Assembly (NCBI GenBank): GCA_947305815.1 | Contig: CAMZEI010000001.1 | Span: 1 to 50,951 of the forward strand | Direction of reading: 5' to 3' | Length of the DNA: 50,951 nucleotides | From: an uncultured Bacteroidales bacterium | Lineage (GTDB): Bacteria > Bacteroidota > Bacteroidia > Bacteroidales > UBA932 | Shown: piece after piece, positions 8,732 through 19,332 of the stretch | How positions within the stretch are numbered: the stretch's first letter is position 1 | How the letters are laid out: each line of letters starts with the position of its first letter | The notes under the pieces: model-generated | Database searches by the model: none | What the model saw: only the letters and a program-made list of their open reading frames with translations | What the model was told of the DNA's origin: nothing | Translations under genes and position numbers: made by a program

Positions 8732-10312
8732 TTATTCCCACTCGATGGTTGCCGGTGGTTTGGAGGAGATGTCGTAGACGACACGGTTGACGCCGCGGAC
8801 CTTGTTGATTATTTCGTTGGAGACGGCGGCCATGAAGTCGTGCGGCAGAGGGAACCAGTCGGCGGTCATGCCGTCGGTGGATACCACAGCGCGCAGGGCA
8901 ACCGGATTCTCATAAGTACGCTCATCTCCCATCACACCTACGCTGCGCACGGGCAGCAGCACCACTCCGGCCTGCCAGATGGCCTCGTAGAGGTTGTGGG
9001 CAGGCAACGAAGGGTCCGAAGCCGAATGGAAGCCCATACCGGAACAGTCATAGGCCCGCAGTGACCTCATAAATATATCGTCAGCCTCGCGGAGCACTGA
9101 GAGTTTCTCCGGAGTGACTTCACCGAGTATGCGGATGGCAAGCGAGGGACCGGGGAAAGGATGGCGCCCGATAAGCTCCTCCTTGACGCCAAGGGCGCGG
9201 CCCACACGGCGTACTTCGTCCTTGAACAGCATGCGAAGCGGCTCCACTACCTTGAGGTGCATCTTCTCGGGAAGCCCGCCAACATTGTGGTGGGACTTAA
9301 TCTTGGAAGCGACTCCCTCGACACCTGCTGATTCAATGACATCGGGATATATCGTACCCTGGGCCAGCCAGCGGGCATCCTTGACATCACGGGCGGCCTT
9401 TTCGAAAGTCTCCACGAAGACGCGTCCTATAGCCTTGCGCTTGAGCTCCGGATCATCCAGCCCGCTGAGCGCGGAGAGGAAGTCTGCGGAAGCATCCACT
9501 CCACTGACATTGAGACCCATATCGGCGTACGATGCCATGACTGAGGAGAATTCATCCTTGCGCAGAAGGCCGTTATCCACAAATATGCACTGGAGTCTGT
9601 CACCTACTGCCCTGTGCAGCAGCATGGCCGCCACTGTCGAATCCACTCCCCCGCTGAGTCCCAGTATCACACGGTCCGAGCCAATCTTCTCGCGGAGCTC
9701 CGCTACAGCGGTCTCGATAAAGGACTGAGGTGTCCAGTCACCCTTGCATCCGCAGATGCCGAGGGCGAAATTGGCGAGCATACGGGCGCCCTCTTTGGTG
9801 TGATACACCTCGGGATGGAACTGGACTGCATATACCCGCGCTCCCTCTATCTGGTAAGCGGCATTGACGACATCCTCGGTGGATGCGATGACCTCGGCCC
9901 CCTCGGGCAGTGTCATGATGCTGTCCCCGTGAGACATCCAGACCTGAGTCGGAGAGCTCACGCCATCAAGCAGCGGCGAAGCCACGCGTACGGACAGCTT
10001 CGAACGGCCGTATTCACGCGAGAGCGAACGCTCCACGGAGCCGCCCAGACGATGGGCTATATACTGGGCCCCGTAGCAGATCCCCAGCACGGGGACTTTG
10101 CCCATGAAGGCTTCCAGATCCACCTGCGGAGCCCTCTCCTCCCGTACGGAGCAGGGGCTGCCGGAGATTATGATACCGAGGATATCAGGGTCGGACACGT
10201 CCGGAGTACGGCCAAAAGGCTGAATCTCACAATAGACACCGATTTCGCGAAGCCTGCGTCCGATGAGCTGTGTCACCTGGGATCCGCAGTCGAGTATAAC
10301 TATCTTTTGCAT
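8732..10312 (-). CDS. guaA: GMP synthase (glutamine-hydrolysing)
   Basis: [29 protein letters not shown] and C-terminal [10 protein letters not shown]. Start placed at ATG 10312. Confidence 0.97.
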   Translation of the reverse strand: MQKIVILDCGSQVTQLIGRRLREIGVYCEIQPFGRTPDVSDPDILGIIISGSPCSVREERAPQVDLEAFMGKVPVLGICYGAQYIAHRLGGSVERSLSREYGRSKLSVRVASPLLDGVSSPTQVWMSHGDSIMTLPEGAEVIASTEDVVNAAYQIEGARVYAVQFHPEVYHTKEGARMLANFALGICGCKGDWTPQSFIETAVAELREKIGSDRVILGLSGGVDSTVAAMLLHRAVGDRLQCIFVDNGLLRKDEFSSVMASYADMGLNVSGVDASADFLSALSGLDDPELKRKAIGRVFVETFEKAARDVKDARWLAQGTIYPDVIESAGVEGVASKIKSHHNVGGLPEKMHLKVVEPLRMLFKDEVRRVGRALGVKEELIGRHPFPGPSLAIRILGEVTPEKLSVLREADDIFMRSLRAYDCSGMGFHSASDPSLPAHNLYEAIWQAGVVLLPVRSVGVMGDERTYENPVALRAVVSTDGMTADWFPLPHDFMAAVSNEIINKVRGVNRVVYDISSKPPATIEWE

Positions 10313-10327
10313 ATTCTCTACAGAGGT

Positions 10328-10365
10328 CAAAAATACACATAATTTGTGAAAAAGTGCTAATTTTG
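10328..10365. promoter_or_regulatory. Divergent -7 boxes: TATTTTTG (- strand, guaA) and TAATTTTG (+ strand, fak operon)
   Basis: caaaaata at 10328-10335 and taattttg at 10358-10365. Confidence 0.6.
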
Positions 10366-10391
10366 CCGGACTAACATTAACCTTAAACGCA

Positions 10392-11996
10392 GTGTTAATT
10401 GACGGAGCGCTTTACCTGTCCATGGTACGCGGAGGAGCAGCAAGGCTCAATGCGAAAAGACAGGAGATAAATGACCTCAACGTCTTCCCCATCCCCGACG
10501 GAGATACGGGAGACAACATGTATATGACAATCCAGGCCGGCTGTGACAGTGCCGGAGCCACCCTGGGAGAAATGGCCGGAGCCGCAGCACGCGGCATGCT
10601 CATGGGGGCACGAGGCAATTCCGGAGTCATCCTTTCCCGCATATTCGCAGGCATAGCAAAGGGGCTCGAGGGTAAGGAAAATGCTACCCTCAAGGAATTC
10701 GCCGCCGCCATGCAGGCCGGAGTCGAAGAATCCTACAAGGCCGTATCGGAGCCTGTCGAGGGTACAATCCTCACCGTACTTCGCGAAGGAGTGGCCGGAG
10801 CAGCTGAATGCGCCGATGCTCCCGAGGGACCCGATGACATCCTCGCCTACTTCGACCGCCTCATCCCGGAGATGGGCAAATCCCTTGCTCATACGCCCGA
10901 GCTCCTCGAAGTCCTCGCACGCGCAGGCGTGGTGGACAGCGGCGGGGCCGGACTGGTGGCCATCACCGAAGGCATGAGGGATGCCCTCATGGGTATTGAA
11001 GCCGACTACTCGGACGGCCCCGCCGCCCCTGCAGCACACAAGGTGGACCTCGACTCGTTTACCTCCGAGAGCGTGCTGGAATTCGGCTATTGCACCGAGT
11101 TCATCCTGCGCCTGCAGAGCAGCAAGGTGGACCTTGCCACATTTGACGAGAGCGTAATCTCTCAGTGGCTTGCCGCCAACGGCGAATCGCTGGTCTTCTT
11201 CCGCGAAGGCAGCATGATCAAGGTCCATGTGCACACCTTCACCCCCGGAGAAATCCTGAATCACTGCCAGCAGTGGGGAGAGTTCCTCACCATCAAGATA
11301 GAGAACATGACTCTCCAGCACCATGAGAACCACATGGAGTCCGCCATTCCCAAGGTACGCAAGCGCTACGGAGTAGTGGCCGTGGCTACCGGTGACGGGA
11401 TGGTGGAGATGTTCCGCGAATCCGGAGCCGATGTGGTAATCGAGGGCGGTCAGACAATGAACCCTCCCGTGCAGAGCTTCATCGGAGCTTTCGAAAAGAT
11501 AGGCGCCGAGACCATATTCGTACTGCCTGACAATTCCAACATACTGCTCACCGCGCAGCAGGCTGCGGCCATGTACGACAAATCCGACATACGCGTCATC
11601 CCCTGCAAGACCCTGGGTGAAGGCTACTACGCACTCGCTAACCTGGACCTGAGCGCAGACAGCGCCGATGAGATAGAGCGGACCCTCACCGAGGCCATCA
11701 AGGAAGTCACCACCGGCATGGTCAGCCGCGCCATACGCGACACCGACAAGGTGAAGGAAGGTGATTACATAGGCATTTCCGGCAAGGACATACTCTCCGA
11801 CTCCCCCGACCGGGTGGTCGCTCTCGTCAAGCTCGCCGAAGTCCTCGGAGCTGCCGGCAAGGACGTAATCATGGTGTTTACCGGCCAGGGCGTCCCCAAT
11901 CCGGGAGCCGAACTGACACGGTGCTTCACCGACGCGGAAGTCATAATCCGTGACGGAGGCCAGCCGGTATATGATTATCTGTTAATACTTCTGTAA
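10392..11996 (+). CDS. fakA: DAK2-domain fatty acid kinase subunit (FakA/YloV-like)
   Basis: [54 protein letters not shown] and GGQPVY are typical FakA/YloV motifs. GTG start. Confidence 0.92.
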   Translation: MLIDGALYLSMVRGGAARLNAKRQEINDLNVFPIPDGDTGDNMYMTIQAGCDSAGATLGEMAGAAARGMLMGARGNSGVILSRIFAGIAKGLEGKENATLKEFAAAMQAGVEESYKAVSEPVEGTILTVLREGVAGAAECADAPEGPDDILAYFDRLIPEMGKSLAHTPELLEVLARAGVVDSGGAGLVAITEGMRDALMGIEADYSDGPAAPAAHKVDLDSFTSESVLEFGYCTEFILRLQSSKVDLATFDESVISQWLAANGESLVFFREGSMIKVHVHTFTPGEILNHCQQWGEFLTIKIENMTLQHHENHMESAIPKVRKRYGVVAVATGDGMVEMFRESGADVVIEGGQTMNPPVQSFIGAFEKIGAETIFVLPDNSNILLTAQQAAAMYDKSDIRVIPCKTLGEGYYALANLDLSADSADEIERTLTEAIKEVTTGMVSRAIRDTDKVKEGDYIGISGKDILSDSPDRVVALVKLAEVLGAAGKDVIMVFTGQGVPNPGAELTRCFTDAEVIIRDGGQPVYDYLLILL

Positions 11997-11997
11997 A

Positions 11998-12870
11998 ATG
12001 ATAAAACTCTTTTTCGATTCCGATTGCGACATCACCCCTGCAGTAGCTGCGGAGTACGGTGCCGGTCTGATAAGCATGCCCTACAGCATAGACGCCAAGA
12101 CCGTCTATCCCTACGAGGACTGGAAAGACTTCGAGAGCCACGAGTTCTACGACATGCTTCGCTCGGGCGTAATCCCCACAACCAGCGCGATTACCAAGGA
12201 GCGTTACATTAAATACTTCGAGCCCTGGTTCCAGAAGGGATGCGACATACTCTACGTGCATTTCTCCCGCGAGATGTCCGCTACTTTCAACGGCATGGAC
12301 CAGGCAGTCGCCGAACTCAAGGCAAAGTATCCCGGCGTGCGCTTCGAGACCATCGACACCAAGGGAATCACCACACTGGGCTATGTCTTCGACCGCGAGG
12401 TCGGCGACCGCGTCAAGGCCGGAATGAGCCTCGACGATGTCCTCGAATGGGCCCGGGGAGAGGTGGGTCACTACGCGATTTATTTCTTCGCCGACGACCT
12501 GAAGTTCTTCCGCCGCAGCGGCCGCGTGAGCGGACTCGCCGCAACCATGGGCACTCTCATCGGCATCAGGCCCATTATATATATGAATGACGCCGGCAAG
12601 ATGCTGGCCTTCGGCAAGGCCAAGGGCCGCGCCAACGCCATGCAGTTCCTCGTGGACAAGGTGGTTGAACTCGGTGACGAGATTGGAAGCCACCGCATCG
12701 CCATCGGTCATACCGACTCTCCCGCAATAGCCGCTCAGGTACGCGACATGATACGCGAGCGCTGCGGGAAGGACCTCGATATCGAAATCGTGGTCGTCAA
12801 TCCTACCGCCGGCAGCCATTCCGGTCCTGACGGCGTTGCAGTCTCCTTCCACGCCAAAAGCAAGGAATAA
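11998..12870 (+). CDS. fakB: DegV-family fatty-acid-binding protein (FakB-like)
   Basis: DSDCD, PTTSA, S..MSAT, RSGRVS, IRPII and SHSGP DegV motifs. Directly follows fakA. Confidence 0.9.
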   Translation: MIKLFFDSDCDITPAVAAEYGAGLISMPYSIDAKTVYPYEDWKDFESHEFYDMLRSGVIPTTSAITKERYIKYFEPWFQKGCDILYVHFSREMSATFNGMDQAVAELKAKYPGVRFETIDTKGITTLGYVFDREVGDRVKAGMSLDDVLEWARGEVGHYAIYFFADDLKFFRRSGRVSGLAATMGTLIGIRPIIYMNDAGKMLAFGKAKGRANAMQFLVDKVVELGDEIGSHRIAIGHTDSPAIAAQVRDMIRERCGKDLDIEIVVVNPTAGSHSGPDGVAVSFHAKSKE

Positions 12871-14000
12871 TGATAAGCATAAGGGAAGTTTCCGGGAAGA
12901 AGGACCAGAGGGCGTTCCTCCAGTTCCCCATCGACCTCTATAAGGGCAACGACTGCTATGTCCCCCCGCTTTGGGCCGATGAGATGAAGATGTTCCGTCC
13001 CGACTTCGTGTACAACCAGACCTGCGAGAGCAAGTTCTTCCTTGCATACAAGGACGGGGAACTTGCAGGACGCATCCAGGGCATAATCCAGAAGGCCGCC
13101 AACGAAAAGTGGGGCCAGAAGAGAGTGCGCTTCACCCGTTTCGACGCCATAGACGACCCTGAAGTCTCCAAGGCACTTTTCGGTGCTGTCGAGCAGTGGG
13201 CATCTTCGCGTGGCATGGATACCATCTGCGGACCGCTTGGATACTCGGACCTCGAGAGGGAGGGCCTTCTCGTGGAAGGCTTCGACAAGAGGGTCACCAT
13301 GTCGGAGAACTACAACGCACCTTACTACCAGAAGCATATCGAAGGGCTTGGGTTCACCAAGGAAGTGGACTGGCTGGGCTCCCGTATATACGGTGCCGAC
13401 AGCCCCGAGACTATCGACGAGCTGGAGAAGACGGCTGAATTCATCATGCGCCGCTATAAACTGCATTTCGGGCCCGCCAGGAATGCAGGTGACTTCATGA
13501 AGCGCTATGCCGACGGGATCTTCGAGCTGATAGACAAGAGTTACGGCAATCTCTACGGCACTGTCCCCTTCACCAAGGGGATGAAGGACCTGATGCTGGA
13601 GAACTTCGGTCTGGTAGTAAATCTAAAGTACACGGCTGTAATCCTCGACGAGAACGACCGCATGATTTGCTTCGGCTTCACTATCCCCGGCCTCGCCGAC
13701 GGACTCGTCACTACCAGGGGCAAATATACCCCGAGGACCCTGCTGAGGCTCCTGCGCTGCATCCTCAGGCCCCGCACCCTCGACCTGTGCCTCGTTGGAG
13801 TTGACCCCGAATGGCTCAACAGGGGCGTCTCCATACTCCTGTTCGTAGGATTGATGAAGACCCTTCGCGACGATAAGCACATCCGCTTCGCCGACACCAA
13901 CCTCAACCTTGAGAACAACTACGACATACTCCACCAGTGGAAGCGCTTCAATATAGAGACTGTGAGGCGCTGCCGCGCATATTGTAAGCCTATAGCATGA
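12870..14000 (+). CDS. GNAT-fold acyltransferase, YghO-like
   Basis: N-terminus IREV..KKD..AFLQFP..LY....YVPPL, then AGRI, GPLG...EGLLVEGFD, YNAPYY and ENN. This pattern and the ~375 aa length fit YghO-like GNAT proteins. Confidence 0.75.
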   Translation: MISIREVSGKKDQRAFLQFPIDLYKGNDCYVPPLWADEMKMFRPDFVYNQTCESKFFLAYKDGELAGRIQGIIQKAANEKWGQKRVRFTRFDAIDDPEVSKALFGAVEQWASSRGMDTICGPLGYSDLEREGLLVEGFDKRVTMSENYNAPYYQKHIEGLGFTKEVDWLGSRIYGADSPETIDELEKTAEFIMRRYKLHFGPARNAGDFMKRYADGIFELIDKSYGNLYGTVPFTKGMKDLMLENFGLVVNLKYTAVILDENDRMICFGFTIPGLADGLVTTRGKYTPRTLLRLLRCILRPRTLDLCLVGVDPEWLNRGVSILLFVGLMKTLRDDKHIRFADTNLNLENNYDILHQWKRFNIETVRRCRAYCKPIA

Positions 14001-15016
14001 TAAAGATACTGCTTGACTGCTTCGGCGGCGACCATTCCCCCGAAGCTCATGTAGAGGGAGCCCTCGCGGCACTTCAGGCCAAAAGCGACCTGCACCTGCT
14101 GCTGACCGGTGACGAGCAGATACTCAAAGCCGCTCTCCAGGGACACAGCTACGACGCCTCCCGCCTGGAGATAATCCATGCTCCTGAGATTATCACCGGC
14201 GAAGACAAGCCTACCGACGCAATACGTCTCAAGCGCAATTCCTCCATGATGAAAGCCATCATGATGCTGCGCGACGAGGACGACATCGCCGGCATGGTCT
14301 CAACCGGCTCTACCGGAGCTCTGGTAACCGGAGCACTGGTGCGCCTGGGCCGCATCCCCGGCATCATCCGCCCCGCATTCTGTCCCCTGCTGCCCACCAT
14401 GAACGGCGGCATAGTCGGCGTCTGCGACAGCGGCGCCAATGTCGAAGTGACCTCTGCTCACCTGAGGCAGTTCGCCATAATGGCAAGCCTCTATATGGAG
14501 CAGGTCTATGGAGTCAGCAAACCCCGCGTGGCGCTGCTCAATGTGGGCAAGGAGAGCGAGAAGGGCGACGACATCCGCAAGGAAGCCTATAAGATGCTCT
14601 CCGATACGCCCGAGATTAATTTCGTCGGCAATATGGAGAGCCGCGACCTGCTCAGCGGGACCTACGATGTGGTGGTCTGCGACGGTTTCTCGGGCAATGT
14701 CCTCATCAAAGCCACCGAAGGCACTGCTGTGGAGCTCCTCAAGAAGCTCAAGACCGACATCTACAGCAAGTGGACCTACAAGCTCGGCGGCCTGCTGATG
14801 AAGAGCATGTTTGCCAAGGAAAAGGCCATGCTGGACTACCAGAACCACGGCGGCAGCGTACTGCTCGGCACCGGCAAGGTAGTGGTCAAAGGCCACGGCA
14901 GCAGCAAGGCCCGCGCAGTCGCCAAATGCATTGAGCAGGCCTGGCGCATGGAGGAAGGCGGACTCCCCGCACGAATTGAAGAAACAGTTTCGCGTTACGA
15001 ACATTTTGAAGAATAA
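13997..15016 (+). CDS. plsX: Phosphate acyltransferase PlsX
   Basis: DCFGGDHSP, STGSTGAL, IRPA, DSGAN, LLNVGKESEKG, VVCDGFSGNV and KGHGSS. Confidence 0.95.
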   Translation: MIKILLDCFGGDHSPEAHVEGALAALQAKSDLHLLLTGDEQILKAALQGHSYDASRLEIIHAPEIITGEDKPTDAIRLKRNSSMMKAIMMLRDEDDIAGMVSTGSTGALVTGALVRLGRIPGIIRPAFCPLLPTMNGGIVGVCDSGANVEVTSAHLRQFAIMASLYMEQVYGVSKPRVALLNVGKESEKGDDIRKEAYKMLSDTPEINFVGNMESRDLLSGTYDVVVCDGFSGNVLIKATEGTAVELLKKLKTDIYSKWTYKLGGLLMKSMFAKEKAMLDYQNHGGSVLLGTGKVVVKGHGSSKARAVAKCIEQAWRMEEGGLPARIEETVSRYEHFEE

Positions 15017-15021
15017 TCGAT

Positions 15022-15267
15022 ATGGACGACATGTTTGGAAAAGTCAGTGAGATACTGGCAAAGCAGCTTCGCCTGCAACCCGAAAACATAAAGATGGAAT
15101 CCCTCATCAAGAAGGACCTGGGAGCCGACTCCCTGGACATACTCCAGCTCCTCATGAAGATTGAGGATAAGTATGGCATCATGATTCCTGACGAGGAACT
15201 CGCCACTTTCGAGACCGTCGCGGATGTCGTCAGCTATCTCGAGAAAGCCGGCGCAAAGCTCGATTAA
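15022..15267 (+). CDS. acpP: Acyl carrier protein
   Basis: DLGADSLD phosphopantetheine attachment motif; 81 aa, acidic. Confidence 0.93.
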   Translation: MDDMFGKVSEILAKQLRLQPENIKMESLIKKDLGADSLDILQLLMKIEDKYGIMIPDEELATFETVADVVSYLEKAGAKLD

Positions 15268-15294
15268 GCGGCTATTTCCGACAAATCAGCATCT

Positions 15295-16425
15295 ATGAAC
15301 AGGGGTATTCTGGCCTTGACTCTGCTGCTTGCAGGCTGTGCCTCGCAGGGTACCGGGATACTGGATTTCAACAGGGTGGAGGACGTCTCGGCCAGGCTAC
15401 GCGCAGAGCGCAAACCGGCCGTGGTCTGGGGTCAGCCCGAGGGGCAGCCTTCGCTCACGCTGCTGCATTTCTCCGACCTGCACGGCGATGCGGAGAACCT
15501 CGGCAGGATAGTGGAATTCAGGTCTGCCCTGCGTGAATACATCGACGATGCGATACACACGGGCGATGCGGTAGCCTGCTACTGGGACGATACCAACCCC
15601 TGGAATACCGTGCCCGGAGCCGAAGACATACTCAACATCGTAGGCAATCACGACTGCTGGAAGGGACATCTTGTCTGGGCACAGAGCAGCTGGCCCTATG
15701 ATGCCACTCAGGAGGAGGCTTACGAGCTGATTTTGCAGGGAGCTGATGCCGGGAAGCCTTTCGTTTCAGGCTGGGATGTCATCCGGCCCGGCGGCGTTGA
15801 AGACCCGCAGAGCCCCTGTTACAAGGCCTGTTACTACTACAAAGACTACCCCTCCAGCGGCTTGCGGCTGGTAGCGCTCGACTGCATGCACTACGACGCG
15901 GCTCAGGATGCCTGGTACGCGGCTGTCCTGCAGGATGCACTCCAGAGCGGCCTGCAAGTGATCGGCGTCCAGCACTACCCTCCCCAGTCGGGACTTGACA
16001 AGATACCCAGCGGCTTCACTGAGCTGGATTACGATATTAACCCTACACCTCAGCCCGAGGAAGGAGTCCAGATGGAAGCCATGCCCGAGAGCTGCTTTGA
16101 GCGTACCGACGAGTTCATCAGCAAGGGCGGCATCTTCGTCTGCTGGCTTGCAGGACATCTGCACAGCGACATGCTGGGGCGTGTCACGGGACATGCCGGA
16201 CAGTTCTTCATCGCAGCCGACAAGGCCGGCGAAGGCGATGCCTACATGCAGGAGGACCGCACCCGCGGTACCCGCTTCCAGGACGCCTTCAACCTCGTGA
16301 CTGTCAATCCCTCACGCGGTGTCCTGTTCATCGACCGCATAGGCTGCGACCGCGACCAGTACATGCGTTCCAAGAAGCTATTCTGCTACAACTACCTGAC
16401 GGGAAGCATCGTTACAGATAAATAG
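15295..16425 (+). CDS. Lipoprotein, calcineurin-like metallophosphoesterase
   Basis: Lipobox LAGC; SDLH, TGD, GNHD and GHLH metal-binding motifs. Confidence 0.85.
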   Translation: MNRGILALTLLLAGCASQGTGILDFNRVEDVSARLRAERKPAVVWGQPEGQPSLTLLHFSDLHGDAENLGRIVEFRSALREYIDDAIHTGDAVACYWDDTNPWNTVPGAEDILNIVGNHDCWKGHLVWAQSSWPYDATQEEAYELILQGADAGKPFVSGWDVIRPGGVEDPQSPCYKACYYYKDYPSSGLRLVALDCMHYDAAQDAWYAAVLQDALQSGLQVIGVQHYPPQSGLDKIPSGFTELDYDINPTPQPEEGVQMEAMPESCFERTDEFISKGGIFVCWLAGHLHSDMLGRVTGHAGQFFIAADKAGEGDAYMQEDRTRGTRFQDAFNLVTVNPSRGVLFIDRIGCDRDQYMRSKKLFCYNYLTGSIVTDK

Positions 16426-16479
16426 ATTTGAATTTTTCAAATCAACTTTTGGATATATTGATACGAATCAATATATTTG
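16425..16479 (+). promoter_or_regulatory. Promoter of the TonB-receptor operon with two perfect palindromic operator candidates
   Basis: -33 TTTG at 16448-16451, 20-nt spacer, -7 TATATTTG at 16472-16479. Inverted repeats GATTTGAA-ttt-TTCAAATC (16425-16443) and ATATATTGAT-acga-ATCAATATAT (16453-16476). Confidence 0.75.
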
Positions 16480-16499
16480 CGGGAGTAGTGTTATTTCGT

Positions 16500-19332
16500 A
16501 TGAGAAAGGCAATTTTCCTCATAGCAGCCCTATTGCTTCTTTGCGTGCCCGTAATGGCTCAGTCCTACAGCCTGTCCGGGCGCGTTGTGGATGCAGAAGG
16601 CGCACCCGTCGAACTGGCTGTTGTATCTCTCAACAAGTCGCTCTGGGTAACCACTGACAAGGACGGACACTACTCTTTCTCAAATGTCAAAAAGGGCACC
16701 TACGAGTATCTCGTCTCTTTCGTAGGCTACCAGGATTTGGAAGGCACTATAGAGATTGCATCCAATTCCACCCTTGATTTCAAGCTCCAGACCCTCAGCC
16801 TCATGCTCAACAGCGTCACAGTGACAGCCGAGCGTGAGGACATGGGTTCAAAGTCGGTAATCAGCGAAGAAGCTGTCCGTCACCTGCAGCCCAAGAGCGT
16901 AAGCGACCTGCTGCAGCTGGTGCCCGGCAACCTCGCAAAGAATCCTAACCTCAACGAGCTCTCGCAGGCGACCGTGAGGGAAATCGACCCCTCGTCGGGC
17001 AATTCGCTCGGTACTTCCGTCATAGTCGACGGCACTCCGGTAAGCAACGACGCCAATCTCCAGGCCATAGCCTCCACCCGTTACGGCTCAGCCTCCGGTG
17101 TCCAGACGGACGGCATGTCCGACCAGACCACAGCAGGCGGCGGCGCTGACCTGCGCACCATAAGCGCCGGAGCAGTCGAGTCAATGGAAGTCATCAGCGG
17201 CATCCCCTCAGCCGAATATGGCAACCTCACTTCCGGCGTTGTCATCGTGAGGACCAAGGCAGGCCGCACCCCCTGGGAGGTCAAGGCACAGGCGGATCCC
17301 AATTCCAAGCTGCTGTTTGCCGGCAAGGGTTTCGCACTCAAAAATGGCGGCTCCGTCAACTTCGGCCTTGACTGGGGACAGAGTTTCTCCGACCCCAGGC
17401 GCCGCTATCTCGGATACGACCGCATCACGGCGTCCGCCGGTTTCTCCAAAGTCTGGGAGCACGCCACCCTCAATGTCAAGGGCTCGTTCTATTCCAATGT
17501 CAATGAGCGCAAGACTGACCCTCAGCTGGAGGAACTGGAGATAAACTTTACCAACAAGATGGCCGACGTCAGCATTTTCTATGGCATAGAACTTTACCAA
17601 CAAGAATCTGGGAGGCCGTCTCTCGGCGAACGGCAGCATACGCCCGGACACTCCCCTGCTGACTTCCCTGGATTACAATTTGTCCGCCCAGATAGCAAGG
17701 ACCGAGGACATCCACATCAACAGGGTTTACAGTCCGGACGGCGCAGTGACCAACATACGCGAGAGCGGCATCCACGAAGCCCTGCAGCTCATCAGGCCCT
17801 ACTTTGCCGAATACCGCATGCACGGCATCCCTGTCAACCTGTTCGGGCAGCTTGTCGCAGGAAAGTATTTCCAGATTGGCGAAAAGGATTACGACCGCAT
17901 AAGGCTGGGTATCGAATACACCATGGACGCTAACCGGGGAGAAGGTCTCACATACGATATCAACACCCCTCCTCAGGCCGCTTCGGCACACACGCTCAGG
18001 CCCCGCGCATACAAGGACATACCCGCACTCAATACGGTGAGCGCATTCCTCAGCAACAAGAGCAGCCTGAGTTTCGGCGATTTCTCCCTCAAGTCTGAAA
18101 TAGGCCTGCGCGCCTCCAACCTCTTCCTCAATGAGGCTAAGAGCAGCGGCAACAAGGGCTACTTTGTACTGGAGCCGCGCGTCAACCTCTCACTTGGCTT
18201 CCTGGATGCGATTTCGCTCAACGGAGGCTTCGGTATTTCCAACAAGATGCCGACTCTGCTGTATCTGTATCCGGAGCCCACATATTACGACTTTATCTGC
18301 CTCAACCGCTACAACGAGGCTGCCGGGACCGGTCTTGCGGTAATCGACACCCAGATCATCCCGGATACCGGCAATCCTGACCTGCAGCCCGCACGCTCGG
18401 TCAAGAAAGAGCTGGGAATCAGCTTCAAGAGCGGGGGCATCAGCGGTTTCGCGACTTTCTTCCACGAGAATCACACGCATGAGTTCGGCTATCAGGGCCA
18501 GCTCTACTGGGGCAGGTTCGCACAGTACACCATCCCCGCCGGCGCAACTGAGCTCGCGCTGGAAGGCGGCGATGTGACCTATTTGCTTAACGGCAGCCGC
18601 GGCGTCGCCGAGAAGATCTCCAAGATGGAATTCACCAGCTGGAGCCGCCCGTCCAACACCAACAGCCGCATCAAGTACGGTATCGAATACGGCCTGGATC
18701 TCGGCACCATCAAGGCCCTGAGGACATCGGTCAACATCAACGGTGCTTGGTTCCACATCCAGAGCACGAAGGAGACGACCGGCATAAGCATACGCAGCAA
18801 GCTTGACGACTATGTGGCCGTCCTGCCCGCAGGAAGCGGAAGCATACAGGACAGGGTCAATACGAGTTTCCGTTTCATCACCCATATCCCCGAATTCCGC
18901 CTCATCTTCACCACAACTCTGCAGGTGGTGTGGTACGAGTCCCGCCGCTCGGTATATCTGGACGAGTCCGGCAATCCGAGAGCCTACGACTACACGTATC
19001 AGGGCAAGGATTACCTCGCTGTAGAACCGCTCGGCTTCTATGACAAGGACGGCAACTACAATGTATGGGATGCCGCTTCGATGAACGGCGATCCCAGCCT
19101 CAACTATATGATGGACCGCTTCTTCACCTACGGTTTCCTGTCGGATGTGATAGAGCCGTGGGCCATGCTCAACATACGCCTTACCAAGGAAATAGGCAGC
19201 CGTGCTGAGATTTCGTTCACAGCCAACAACGTGACCAACTCCAGCAGATACCACGTCAACCGCAACACCTATTCCAAGACGCAGCTGTACCCCAACATGT
19301 ATTTCGGAGCAGAACTCAAAATTAAACTATAA
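16500..19332 (+). pseudogene. TonB-dependent receptor with N-terminal carboxypeptidase-regulatory-like domain, frameshifted by a 46-bp insertion
   Basis: Signal peptide, plug motifs (DLLQLVPG, EVISGIPSAEYGNLTSGVV), GNPDLQP and C-terminal YFGAELKIKL. Split between ORFs 16428-17933 and 17680-19332; deleting 46 nt joins them into one 928-aa frame. Confidence 0.85.
17544..17605 (+). repeat. 16-bp direct repeat AACTTTACCAACAAGA flanking a 30-nt insert
   Basis: Copies at 17544-17559 and 17590-17605. Insert: TGGCCGACGTCAGCATTTTCTATGGCATAG. Confidence 0.9.

Noticed and set aside
8990..9055. Extra peptide [20 protein letters not shown] in GuaA
   Set aside because: No palindrome or repeat match in the DNA; as I recall, Bacteroidales GuaA often has a variable loop here.
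17544..17605. Minimal CRISPR repeat-spacer-repeat
   Set aside because: The 30-nt insert is spacer-sized, but the repeat is only 16 bp, is part of the receptor coding sequence, and there are no cas genes or leader.
17540..17700. Programmed ribosomal frameshift in the TonB receptor
   Set aside because: No clear slippery heptamer or homopolymer tract; the shift is fully explained by the 46-bp insertion.
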